Assembly: GCA_903842025.1 (NCBI GenBank)
Contig: CAIMKX010000009.1
Location: forward strand, 1 to 56,517
DNA: 56,517 nt
Origin: an uncultured bacterium
GTDB lineage: Bacteria > Patescibacteriota > Minisyncoccia > Phycocordibacterales > PALSA-1337
Reading direction: 5' to 3'
Part shown: piece by piece, positions 34,038-43,341 of the stretch
How the letters are laid out: every line of letters starts with the position of its first letter
Position numbering within the stretch: the first letter of the stretch is position 1
Translations under genes and position numbers: made by a program
The notes under the pieces: generated by a model
The model's input: the letters and a program-made list of their open reading frames with translations, nothing else
Databases searched by the model: none
Told to the model about the DNA's origin: nothing

Positions 34038-35282
34038 TTACAACTTGCTCAAATCAAGCGTACTGGTCGCCACCTCATACAGACCTTTAATGCCGTTCCA
34101 GGCCGTCAGATAAAGTTTCGAATCACCTCGGTCGTAAAAAATTTCGTTGATCTCCAGATTCTGGCCTTTGGTATCAAAAGGCTTGATGGGATTTTCCACC
34201 CGATAGCGCCAAAGAGTTCCCAGGTCTCCTTTTGGAAAGAGGTCAACATAGCCGTCACGGGCGGCGTTGTAGACATCGTTGCCATAGATGAAAAGTCCGA
34301 GAGAGGAACCTGGCAAATAGAAGCGCTCGTAAGAAAGATCGTTCGTATGAATTCGCAAGCCGTAAGGAACTGTCTCACAACCGACATAGATGTAACCGGT
34401 TGAAGTTGAATTCTGGACAAAAGGCATATCGTCACTCATGGAGCAAGGAGAAATCTCGGTGGCGTAGATCGGACGAAGCGTCCGAGCGTCGGCCTTTTCA
34501 AAACCGTTTATCATTCCTCCGCCAAAATATAATTCCGTAGAACTGCCGTAGATGCCGATGGCCGCCGAGTGACCGTTGGGGATGTGGTCCTTGAAATCCA
34601 TCATCAAATCGCCTCCGATAATTTTGACCTTGAAGATTGCTGAAGGATCGGTGTTGGTGATCCCGTAAATGTAAGCGCCGTCGGTGACGATGGCCGGCTT
34701 TTTCCCGCCATCAACGGTTGTTGTGCTTATGATAGTTGAAACGGCATAGGTTTGCGGATTGAGAGAATAGATTTGCAAAGAGGAATTGTTTGAAAGTTGG
34801 AAATATATCCGGTCGTTCACGGCATCAAAAATCATCGATTCGACATCCCCTTTTGCCGGCAAAGTCACGATCACCGGACGGGAAATGTCCGTGCCTTTGC
34901 CGAAAATAACAATTTGATTTGTCTCAAATGGATTGCCGGCCACGTCAGCCATGCCGATAAAGATCCGGCCATCGGCCACGACCGTGCCGTGGGCATAGGC
35001 GAAGATATTCGGCGATTGTTCCCGGACGTTGGCCAGCCCCAGATCAACCCGAGAATGAATCGACGGTAAAATGACGCTTTCGATCTTTTTGAACGGAATG
35101 ATCGGTGCAACCGTTGCTGAAGGGATTGGATTAGGGCTTGAAACAATAGCGGGTGGATTTTCATATGGCCCGATGTTGAAATAGACCTTTTGCCAGCAGA
35201 CCAGAAAGAACAGCCAGACCAGGATGGTTATGCCGGAAGTCACAATGAGCGGAACATGCTTTTTCACGTCCATTATGGACAT
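34038..35282 (-). CDS. membrane-anchored beta-propeller-like hypothetical protein
   Basis: N-terminal TM (VPLIVTSGITILVWLFFLVCW). Repeated beta-strand blocks with YxxG / IYG / LY motifs. Confidence 0.5.
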   Translation of the reverse strand: MSIMDVKKHVPLIVTSGITILVWLFFLVCWQKVYFNIGPYENPPAIVSSPNPIPSATVAPIIPFKKIESVILPSIHSRVDLGLANVREQSPNIFAYAHGTVVADGRIFIGMADVAGNPFETNQIVIFGKGTDISRPVIVTLPAKGDVESMIFDAVNDRIYFQLSNNSSLQIYSLNPQTYAVSTIISTTTVDGGKKPAIVTDGAYIYGITNTDPSAIFKVKIIGGDLMMDFKDHIPNGHSAAIGIYGSSTELYFGGGMINGFEKADARTLRPIYATEISPCSMSDDMPFVQNSTSTGYIYVGCETVPYGLRIHTNDLSYERFYLPGSSLGLFIYGNDVYNAARDGYVDLFPKGDLGTLWRYRVENPIKPFDTKGQNLEINEIFYDRGDSKLYLTAWNGIKGLYEVATSTLDLSKL

Positions 35283-35387
35283 TATTATAACCTATTTGAG
35301 AATAGTAATATTTCCGCCAAACAGACCCTTCTTGTAATAACTGAACCGCTTCCCCGTCTTTTACGTATATATAATGGCAATACGACT

Positions 35388-35648
35388 ATGCAAACACTTA
35401 TCAATGCGAATATTTTCTTTTTCGTCGCGACGATCGGTTTTGTTATTATCGGCATTCTTGTCGTGATCGCACTGATATTCTTGATACAGATCCTAATAAA
35501 CCTGCGCAAACTATCGGAAACGGTCAAGGATGAAGCCGATATGATCTCTGACGATATTGATACCTTGCGTGCCAGAACAAAAAGTCTGAGTTGGATAATA
35601 GCGTTCAAACTTTTCAGAAAATTATTTTCGAACAGAAACAAAGATTAG
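35388..35648 (+). CDS. small membrane protein (DUF948-like)
   Basis: ORF 35190..35648 trimmed to MQTLINANIFFFV. One TM plus a charged coiled tail. Sits upstream of a YtxH-like gene, as in Firmicutes. Confidence 0.5.
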   Translation: MQTLINANIFFFVATIGFVIIGILVVIALIFLIQILINLRKLSETVKDEADMISDDIDTLRARTKSLSWIIAFKLFRKLFSNRNKD

Positions 35649-35667
35649 TAGACTAACAAATACACAT

Positions 35668-36039
35668 ATGTCAGAAGAAAATCAATCACATAAAATGGGT
35701 ATCGGACTCAGCCTCGCCGCCTTGGCAGCGGCCGCCGCTGGCGCTTATTATCTCTACGGTTCCGACAAAGCCGCTACGAATCGCAAGCAAGTCAAAAGTT
35801 GGATGCTCAAAATGAAAGCCGAGGTTATGGATGAGGTCGAAAACATCAAGGACCTCAGTCAAGAGGCTTACGATAAAGCCATAGACAAAGTCTCAGAAAA
35901 GTACGCCGTGCTCAAGAATATCGACAAGGATGAGTTGAAGGCGCTTGCCCAAAGGATGAAATTTCATTGGAAAGAGATCAAAGATGACATCGATGAGACT
36001 GTGGGCAAGGAGATGAAAAAGGCTGAGAAAAGAGAATGA
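35668..36039 (+). CDS. YtxH-like small stress/membrane-associated protein
   Basis: N-terminal GIGLSLAALAAAAAGAYYLYG followed by a Lys/Glu-rich helical region. Confidence 0.55.
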   Translation: MSEENQSHKMGIGLSLAALAAAAAGAYYLYGSDKAATNRKQVKSWMLKMKAEVMDEVENIKDLSQEAYDKAIDKVSEKYAVLKNIDKDELKALAQRMKFHWKEIKDDIDETVGKEMKKAEKRE

Positions 36040-36139
36040 GTTGAAATTTGGTGTCACAACCTTCAACAATATTTTCGTACAAAAAATCCCCATAGCGCTG
36101 TCGCAGTGAGGATCTGTGGATTCTGGCATTCTCATGAAC

Positions 36140-37270
36140 TCAACGTACGGCGAGCGTCTCGCCGGCATACTCCAAACCCTTCGGCTTGATGATGACTTTC
36201 TTGTCGCCATCTTCGATGTGCCCGGCGACGAAGGCCCGCAGTCCCAATCCCTTAGCAATCTGGATCACAGTTTCAGGATCATTATGTCCGCTTGGTAAAT
36301 AAAGTGCAAAACCAGCGCCCATATTGAGATTGCCGTAGGCTTCCATGTCATCGACTGGTCCATGCTCTTGCAGGAAGTCGAAGATCGGAAGCTGTGTCGG
36401 AAGCGTTTCAATAACATAGGTGAACGGCTGTGTCGCCCGCATAAGCTTGCGCCAACCGTGGCCAGTGATATTGACGGCATAATGGATATTGACTCCGACG
36501 TTGAGACAATCTTCGACGAGGCCGACATAGATGTGCGTCGGATCGAGAAGTGTCTCACCATAGGTGCGGATGCCAATCTTTGTGAGATAACCCATGGGTA
36601 GCTTATTCGCAATCTTCCGGGCAAGCGTAAGCCCGTTGGCATGAATACCGGAACTCTCGATGATAACGATAGAATCACCGTGCCTGATGTTCGCCGGATT
36701 GATCAGACGGCTTTTGGGAGCGATGATACCGACTGTGGCACCGGCCAGATCTTCCGTACCAAGTTCGATGATGCCTTTGAGTGTCGGCGTTTCTCCTCCG
36801 CCCCAGACGCATCGCGCCGACATGTTGGCCATTGTCGTACCTTCGATGAGATCATGGCTCCACTTCTTGTCTTTGAACCGATCGGAATCCTGAACGGCCA
36901 GGTATTGCCCGTACACTAGCGGCATAGCGCCGAGAGTGATGAGGTCATTGAAAGCCATCGCCGCATTACATATGGCGACTTTATCAAAGAATGACTGCCC
37001 CGTAAGAGACTTCATCTTCTCAGCCAATTGCTGCATGGCTCCGGCCACCAGGCTTTTCGTCCCTAGACCCTCGACGACTAGTCCGAGATAGCCCCACGGA
37101 GCCTCGACTAGAAATGCGCTCTCGCCTCGAGTCCATCCGACAACTTTGAATCCGAATCTCTCTATATTGCGATCCGTCGTTAATGCGGCCATCTGTGCCA
37201 TCCGTTTGAATGGGTCCATGGCGTCATAATTAACGCCGGTGCCCGCATAGGTCATAGTCTGTTCTTTCAT
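36140..37270 (-). CDS. AIR synthase (PurM)-superfamily protein, divergent
   Basis: Motifs GVNYDAMD, VEGLGTK, GGETP and SSGIHANG correspond to PurM N- and C-domain signatures. Lies in a purine gene context. Confidence 0.7.
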   Translation of the reverse strand: MKEQTMTYAGTGVNYDAMDPFKRMAQMAALTTDRNIERFGFKVVGWTRGESAFLVEAPWGYLGLVVEGLGTKSLVAGAMQQLAEKMKSLTGQSFFDKVAICNAAMAFNDLITLGAMPLVYGQYLAVQDSDRFKDKKWSHDLIEGTTMANMSARCVWGGGETPTLKGIIELGTEDLAGATVGIIAPKSRLINPANIRHGDSIVIIESSGIHANGLTLARKIANKLPMGYLTKIGIRTYGETLLDPTHIYVGLVEDCLNVGVNIHYAVNITGHGWRKLMRATQPFTYVIETLPTQLPIFDFLQEHGPVDDMEAYGNLNMGAGFALYLPSGHNDPETVIQIAKGLGLRAFVAGHIEDGDKKVIIKPKGLEYAGETLAVR

Positions 37271-37398
37271 GCATTTTCCTTTTGTTGAGCTAATTCAAAT
37301 TGAATACTACGCATATGTACTGAAAACGCAAGCCAGATTGACAATATCCCGAAAACGACTAGTCTTTGACTCCAGACAACGAAAGGAAAAATTGATCT

Positions 37399-38985
37399 AT
37401 GAAAACAATGAAAACTGCGTTGATTTCGGTGTACCACAAAGACGGTATCACTGATTTCGCGCTCGAACTCATCAAACTTGGAATAACCATATACGCCTCC
37501 GGCGGTACGGCCAAACACCTCACAAAAGCCGGCATTAAGGTCCTCGACGTCGCGACCCTAGTCGGCGGCGAGGCAATTCTCGGGCACAGGGTTGTTACCC
37601 TTTCCCGTAAAGTGCACGCCGGACTTTTAGCCCGCTATGATGTCCCTGAAGACATGGCTGAGCTTGAACGCCTCAATATTCCGTGCATCGACCTCGTGTG
37701 CGTTGACCTCTATCCGCTCGAACAGGAGATCGCCAAACCGGACAGCACAGAATCGTCAGTCATCGAAATGACCGACATCGGCGGACCGACTATGATCCGT
37801 TCGGCGGCAAAAGGCTGCCGCGTCATCGTCTGTGATCCGACAGACCGCCAGCCTGTAATCGAATGGCTGAAATCGGATGGACAGAAAGACCCAGGCCTGC
37901 CAGGCAGATTATGCGCAAAAGCCGAATTCGTCGTCGCAAACCATTGCATGGCATCCGCTACATACCGTAGTGCGGGATGGTACCGTGGCCTTTCCGGCGA
38001 GCTTGTCGCTGAATGTAAATACGGCGAGAACGCTCACCAAACACCGGCAGCGTTGTTCTCTTCGGGGATCGACGATCCGCTGGGGCTCGACAAATTCACT
38101 GTGGTTGAAGGTACGCCTCCCAGCTACAACAACTACTGCGATTTGGACCGGCTGTTACAGACGATGACACATGTTGCGGTCGCCTTTCGCAACATAAGCG
38201 GAAGAAAAGACGGCAAAATTGCGATCGGAGGGAAACACGGCAATGCATGTGGCGCATGTACCAGTTACAACGATGAAGATGCGCTACGTTGTGCAATGAA
38301 TGGTGATCCGTTGGCCATCTTCGGAGGACTGGTGATGACGAACTTCCCGATAGATGAGAAGCTGGCTGAATCTCTCTCCGGTAAGATGCTCGACGGTATC
38401 ATCGCCCCCGGTTTCTCCGTAGAGGCCATCGCTAAGCTCCGGCGCCGAGGCGATAAATGCCGGTTCATTGAGAACAAAGCTCTGTCATCCGAGATAGGGT
38501 TGGACGCGGTGCCGCGATTCCGCTACGTTCGTGGAGGTTTCCTTCGTCAGCCGAATTACACGGCGATGATGGACTTCAGCCACGCCAATCTCAAAAAGAT
38601 TGGCGACGCTTCTGAGCGACAACTCATCGACATGCTTCTGGCCTGGGCCATTGGTTCGACCAGCAACAGCAACACGATCACTCTCGTCAAAAACAGCATG
38701 TTGATCGGCAACGGTGTCGGCCAACAAGATCGTGTCGGCGCAGCCAAATTGGCGATCGAAAGGGCGACTCGCTCAAAACACGACATCAGCGGTGCCGTGG
38801 CCTACAGCGATTCGTTCTTCCCCTTCCCTGACGGACCGGAGACCCTGATCAATGCCGGCGTCACTGCGATCCTGACCTCGAGCGGTTCGGTCAAAGATCA
38901 GGCGACAATCGACGTCTGTGTCAAAAACAACGTCACGTTGTACATGATCCCCGATCCGATCGGACGAGGCTTCTTCGGTCATTGA
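37399..38985 (+). CDS. purH: bifunctional AICAR transformylase / IMP cyclohydrolase
   Basis: MGS-like N-terminus ALISVYHKDG..ASGGTAK and a long AICARFT domain. Length 528 aa. Confidence 0.93.
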   Translation: MKTMKTALISVYHKDGITDFALELIKLGITIYASGGTAKHLTKAGIKVLDVATLVGGEAILGHRVVTLSRKVHAGLLARYDVPEDMAELERLNIPCIDLVCVDLYPLEQEIAKPDSTESSVIEMTDIGGPTMIRSAAKGCRVIVCDPTDRQPVIEWLKSDGQKDPGLPGRLCAKAEFVVANHCMASATYRSAGWYRGLSGELVAECKYGENAHQTPAALFSSGIDDPLGLDKFTVVEGTPPSYNNYCDLDRLLQTMTHVAVAFRNISGRKDGKIAIGGKHGNACGACTSYNDEDALRCAMNGDPLAIFGGLVMTNFPIDEKLAESLSGKMLDGIIAPGFSVEAIAKLRRRGDKCRFIENKALSSEIGLDAVPRFRYVRGGFLRQPNYTAMMDFSHANLKKIGDASERQLIDMLLAWAIGSTSNSNTITLVKNSMLIGNGVGQQDRVGAAKLAIERATRSKHDISGAVAYSDSFFPFPDGPETLINAGVTAILTSSGSVKDQATIDVCVKNNVTLYMIPDPIGRGFFGH

Positions 38986-39003
38986 GTTGACTTCATTATT
39001 CAC

Positions 39004-39036
39004 GTGCCACTCCCCTCAAGGGTGTGGCACTTTTTT
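39004..39036 (+). terminator. intrinsic terminator after purH
   Basis: gtgccac-N13-gtggcac followed by T6. Confidence 0.7.
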
Positions 39037-39043
39037 ATTGCAC

Positions 39044-39076
39044 AAAAAAGACTCACTCCGATTTCTCAGAGTGAGC
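39044..39076 (-). terminator. terminator-like hairpin after purB
   Basis: On the minus strand, ctcact..agtgag hairpin followed by a U6 tract, 20 nt after the purB stop. Confidence 0.5.
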
Positions 39077-39095
39077 TGCGATTCCGAAAGAGCGA

Positions 39096-40565
39096 TTATC
39101 CTTTTTTCAAGTAGGCTTCAGCGGTCTCGGCGATTCCTAACGCTTTCTCCGTAGCGAGACTGATGTAAGCCTCCGGATTGCTTATCATCTGAACCGTCTC
39201 TTGGGGAATTTTATCCCAAACTACTGAGTTCATCCCCACTTTTCCTTGAAGTACGCGCTTCGTTGCATCAAGGAGAGAAATATTGGCGGACCGAGAGTAT
39301 GGTACTGCTTCACGATTCACCAACTCATGCGCATCGCCTTCGTAACCAGCCATCTGGAGAGCGATGTAGATCGGCTCCGCCAGTATGTTATCACCCTGAA
39401 GCTCCAGATTGCGCTTGCATGCTTCCGGATCAACTGAGATACGAGCGATGAACGGCGGGTCGCCGCGCAAGAGAGTGTTCAACTGCGAGACCAAGTTCAC
39501 AACAATTGTCGGGAAGTCCCGAGCGATGGCGCTGTTCACCAGGTCCCGTTGATGCTCACTTATGAGCACGTCCATGACCTTGCCGAATTCGCTCTTGGTC
39601 TTCAGCCAGGTGCTTTCTAGGTTTTCGAAATTAATCGGGTTCCTTTTGTGCGCCATGGTTGATGAGCCGACTTGGCCTTTGTCGAATGGTTCACCAAGCT
39701 CTGCGATTTCGCTTCGCATGAGATGCCGACCATCCCGACCGAATTGACCGATAGAAGCCGATAGCTTCACACAAGCAAACAAATAATCGGCGAGTGGTTC
39801 CGGTGGCAGAATCTGCGTACTGATTGGCGCTGGTTTTAATCCAAGCTTACGCAGCACAAGCCCTTCAAACGTCTGGGGTACAGCGTAACCAATTTCTTCG
39901 CCCTCTTCTTTCTTGACGGCATTCTTGGCATAGTCGATAATCCCGACCGCTTTCTGTGCGTTGTACGCGCCGACAGCGCCGGAGATCTTTCCCACGAGCC
40001 CATAGGCTGCCGCATTGGCACTCTCGAGATTCCGGAGAATCCTGCTCAAGATCGTGGCAAACCAGAAACCGACCGTGATTGGCAGCGCATGCTGGCCATG
40101 CGTACGACCGATCTGCTTCTGGGAGGCGAATGTCCGGGTCCGCTCGATGAAATGCCCAATGACTTTGTCAGCCAAGGGCTTGACCACCTCGGTGTGAGCA
40201 CGGAGGAATTGAAGCGACCGCGCAGTATCGAGGACGTCATAGCTCGTGAGTGGAACATGAATCCATCGGCGAAGACCGAGGGGTGACCGCTCTTGAGCCA
40301 AGCGAACCCAGGCACGGATGTCATGCTTAGTAATCTTCCGCTCGACTTCATCGACTTCGCTCGTCGTGATAGAGAGAAGTTTCTGCTCGACTTCCGGCGT
40401 GAGAAGGACGATGTCGGCCGGAGGAATAACTCCGATGTCCGCCAACGTCCTCATGGTTGCGATTTCTACTTCGGCCACACACCTGAAAAGGTTGTCGTAG
40501 CCGAAATGCCCTTGTAGGTCTTTCGGTTGATACCGGGGGTTGCCCGGCAATGATAAGTTAGGCAT
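39096..40565 (-). CDS. purB: adenylosuccinate lyase
   Basis: Fumarate-lyase signature VGSSTMAHKRNP. Length 489 aa. Confidence 0.92.
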   Translation of the reverse strand: MPNLSLPGNPRYQPKDLQGHFGYDNLFRCVAEVEIATMRTLADIGVIPPADIVLLTPEVEQKLLSITTSEVDEVERKITKHDIRAWVRLAQERSPLGLRRWIHVPLTSYDVLDTARSLQFLRAHTEVVKPLADKVIGHFIERTRTFASQKQIGRTHGQHALPITVGFWFATILSRILRNLESANAAAYGLVGKISGAVGAYNAQKAVGIIDYAKNAVKKEEGEEIGYAVPQTFEGLVLRKLGLKPAPISTQILPPEPLADYLFACVKLSASIGQFGRDGRHLMRSEIAELGEPFDKGQVGSSTMAHKRNPINFENLESTWLKTKSEFGKVMDVLISEHQRDLVNSAIARDFPTIVVNLVSQLNTLLRGDPPFIARISVDPEACKRNLELQGDNILAEPIYIALQMAGYEGDAHELVNREAVPYSRSANISLLDATKRVLQGKVGMNSVVWDKIPQETVQMISNPEAYISLATEKALGIAETAEAYLKKG

Positions 40566-40668
40566 ATGTGGCCCTTTCTATTGTTTTTTGTTTACCGCGT
40601 CCGCCGTAGCCTTGGCGAAGGCGGATACTTTCCGAAATCAATACTACTCAAAAATACTGAAAAGGCAA

Positions 40669-40700
40669 CAAAAAAGCTCCGGAAGGTCCCTCTCGGAGCT
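40669..40700 (-). terminator. intrinsic terminator after the purC-purE fusion gene
   Basis: Minus strand agctccg-N12-cggagct followed by a U-tract. Confidence 0.6.
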
Positions 40701-40717
40701 CGTGACTGAACATGATG

Positions 40718-42070
40718 TCACCAGGACATACCGGTCAAACGCTTTTCCTGATCGAAACGCAAGGCGGCATAGATGCTCGGATTGCGAATAGCCAGGATTT
40801 GCAGAGCAGCAAGCACAGCGTTTGCCGGTTCAAGCACCGTCATGACCGGAACATTGCTCGGCGTGCGGAGTGACGACCAGACATCTTCAGGGAATTCCTT
40901 GTACCCTGCCGGCACCGTGATGACCGGGACCGTGGAATTTGCTGCCAAGACCGGACCGGCGCCGTTGCTTCGTCCAATGTAGGCGATGATGACCGAGTCG
41001 CACGGCTCCTCCTGTAAATGCTGCTGCAGGAGTTTGTAAGCCAGCACTGGTTGTTTGTGCACCGAACAAGTGATCGGCAATAGTTGGAACTGCGGCTTGG
41101 GCTCAAGCTTCATAATCAGCTCCTCGACCGCCGTGAAGTGATCCTTTTCCGATCCGCACCAAACGATGAGGCGTTGGGACGGGACCCCAAAACGGTCCGT
41201 CGCGTCCGCGACTTCGCGGTACTTGGCCGTGACTGTGGTGAGATCACCGCCGTCGCGATACACCTGTTTGTCGATGTACCCGCCGGAATGATCTACCACC
41301 CGCCATGAATCATTGTCGATGACGTCGGCCAGCCGGAGCTTACCTTCGGTATTGATACCGAACTCGACCTTGAAGTCCACGAGCTTGCGCCCTTGGAGCT
41401 GCCAAGCCTTCTCGAGCACCAAGAACGTCTGGCGAGCAATGTTGCCCATCTGTTGAAGAAGTTCAGGTTCATTCGGATAAGTAAAGACTTCACCGAAAAG
41501 TAGTGTCCGGAATGGTTTCTGGCCAACCAGCACACCTTTCAGTGTCGTCTTTCTTTCTTCCGACGTGTGACCTGGATAATACAAGTCAATCTTTCCTCCG
41601 GAAACCAGCTCCATAAGCGGGTCATCTTTGACAAGATCGTGATCGCACCACTTCTTGCCATGAGTCTTCAGAAAGAACTCCACGACCAGCCTCGGGAAGA
41701 TGTGTCCCTTCGGCAAATGGGGGTTACGGTCAAGATATGATCCATGCGCTTCGCGCCGGACCACCACCTCATACGGCAACATGACACATTTGTCAGCGAG
41801 AAACTCCGTGGCGCCATCTTGACCTTCGAAGGCCACTGGTATGTCGCATGCCCTGAGAAGCCGGAACACGTTACAGGTTGTGCGCGTGGCCAAGGCGGCT
41901 TTGCCGTTGATGATGTCGTGCTTGGCGCCGTCACCGGCGGTGATGTCGTCTTTCGATTCAATCCTGACTCGGGCAGGACTTTCCGGGATGGAGAAGATTC
42001 GTTTGGTCTTCCCCTCGTTCATTGGCTGAACTTCAGTCGTTTGCATATGTATTTTCCTTTCTTTGTACAT
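40718..42070 (-). CDS. bifunctional SAICAR synthetase / AIR carboxylase (PAICS-like PurC-PurE fusion)
   Basis: N-terminal EGKTKRIF..SKDDITAGDGAK (PurC) and C-terminal GRSNGAGPVLAANSTVPVITVP (PurE). Also ADVIDNDSWR and DVWSSLRTPS blocks. Confidence 0.88.
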   Translation of the reverse strand: MYKERKIHMQTTEVQPMNEGKTKRIFSIPESPARVRIESKDDITAGDGAKHDIINGKAALATRTTCNVFRLLRACDIPVAFEGQDGATEFLADKCVMLPYEVVVRREAHGSYLDRNPHLPKGHIFPRLVVEFFLKTHGKKWCDHDLVKDDPLMELVSGGKIDLYYPGHTSEERKTTLKGVLVGQKPFRTLLFGEVFTYPNEPELLQQMGNIARQTFLVLEKAWQLQGRKLVDFKVEFGINTEGKLRLADVIDNDSWRVVDHSGGYIDKQVYRDGGDLTTVTAKYREVADATDRFGVPSQRLIVWCGSEKDHFTAVEELIMKLEPKPQFQLLPITCSVHKQPVLAYKLLQQHLQEEPCDSVIIAYIGRSNGAGPVLAANSTVPVITVPAGYKEFPEDVWSSLRTPSNVPVMTVLEPANAVLAALQILAIRNPSIYAALRFDQEKRLTGMSW

Positions 42071-42305
42071 TGGGAAGAATTCCCAAACCTGGCTTACAAA
42101 CTACTCCCTAAGCCACAGTGAGTCAAGCTAGGCCGAGTAACTTACCCCTTCTTGCCACCTGTTCGCCCCGGTGTGCCCTTTTCAGCCCCAGGTAAGGCAT
42201 TTCCACGACTTTGGCCCTAATCAGAGCCGTGTCGCGAGATTTCGGGCAATTCGATTGCCAGTGCGAATTGACTTCAAAAACGAGCTGGCGTATGTTCGTC
42301 CGTGC

Positions 42306-42656
42306 ATGAAAAATCGATTCATAAAAGCGGAGCCGAAGGACATCGAACATTCGAGCTTCGCCGGCTACCTGCAAGCGTCATACAAAGATCTCGTCGAATG
42401 CTTCGGGGAGCCCAATGACCGGACCAAGGACGGAAAATGGCAATCGTTCGACTGGAAGGTCCGGGCAGAATGGGCATTCAAGAGCACGGCTCGCAGAGAC
42501 CGCGCCGTCATCACTATCTACGATTACAAGGAAATCCAGCCAGTCGAGGAAGTGACGCTGTGGCATGTCGGACTGAAAGGATCAGCAAAAAGGCTTAAGG
42601 AATTCCTCAAACAAAAGAAGTCAATTCTACTTCATCGATCGCTTACTACGGTATAA
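42306..42656 (+). CDS. hypothetical protein
   Basis: ORF 42171..42656 trimmed to MKNRFIKAEPK. No family recognised. Confidence 0.35.
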   Translation: MKNRFIKAEPKDIEHSSFAGYLQASYKDLVECFGEPNDRTKDGKWQSFDWKVRAEWAFKSTARRDRAVITIYDYKEIQPVEEVTLWHVGLKGSAKRLKEFLKQKKSILLHRSLTTV

Positions 42657-42963
42657 AATTTCCTGCCGCTTCCCCGGCCTTTTCTTGTGCCGGTCTGATC
42701 TGTTCGGTCCAGCATGCTTTTACATCCCATCGAATCGGCCAATGGAAAACGCAATTGCGTACGAAAAACCATGAAAACCATATTACCACTCCGGCCACAA
42801 ATACGAGTGCTGCAATACACCACTGAAAGATATAAAGTTTGTCTTTCTTTGAGAGACCCTGCGATGATCGTGTTTTCCTATATGTTAGACATTGTAGAAA
42901 ATTTAGTGAATTTATATCATTTTTAACCCAAATTCACTAAAAAATGACAAAAAGACGTGAAAA

Positions 42964-43308
42964 TTACTTTCTCTTCGGTCTTTCCCCTTTCATCAATCTG
43001 TCGAATGCTTCAAGATTACCCATGGCATCATGGACCGGATTGTGATCATGCTTCGTGACACGCAAATGCTTCCAGGATGACGAGTCCATGAAATCGCCAA
43101 TGAGACCGGCATAGAAATCGCCGATCTTCCCAGTGTATATCCGGGTAGTCGGATTCTCGGCCGACCTATGGCCTTCGATAATGACACCATGGAATATCGC
43201 CCGCGACGGATACGCGACCGCGCCGAATTCTGTGAGCTTCCCCATGCTCGGACATTTACCATTGGCTTCGCAGTCAATGAAGATCAGGTTTTTGATGTCG
43301 GGATTCAT
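42964..43308 (-). CDS. short DEDD(h) 3'-5' exonuclease-like protein (possibly truncated)
   Basis: FIDCEANG (ExoI DxE) and HNPVHDAMGN (ExoIII Hx4D) are present, but only 114 aa and no clear ExoII. Confidence 0.45.
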   Translation of the reverse strand: MNPDIKNLIFIDCEANGKCPSMGKLTEFGAVAYPSRAIFHGVIIEGHRSAENPTTRIYTGKIGDFYAGLIGDFMDSSSWKHLRVTKHDHNPVHDAMGNLEAFDRLMKGERPKRK

Positions 43309-43341
43309 TTGATAAATATGTTATCACAATGCCTTGTAGGG

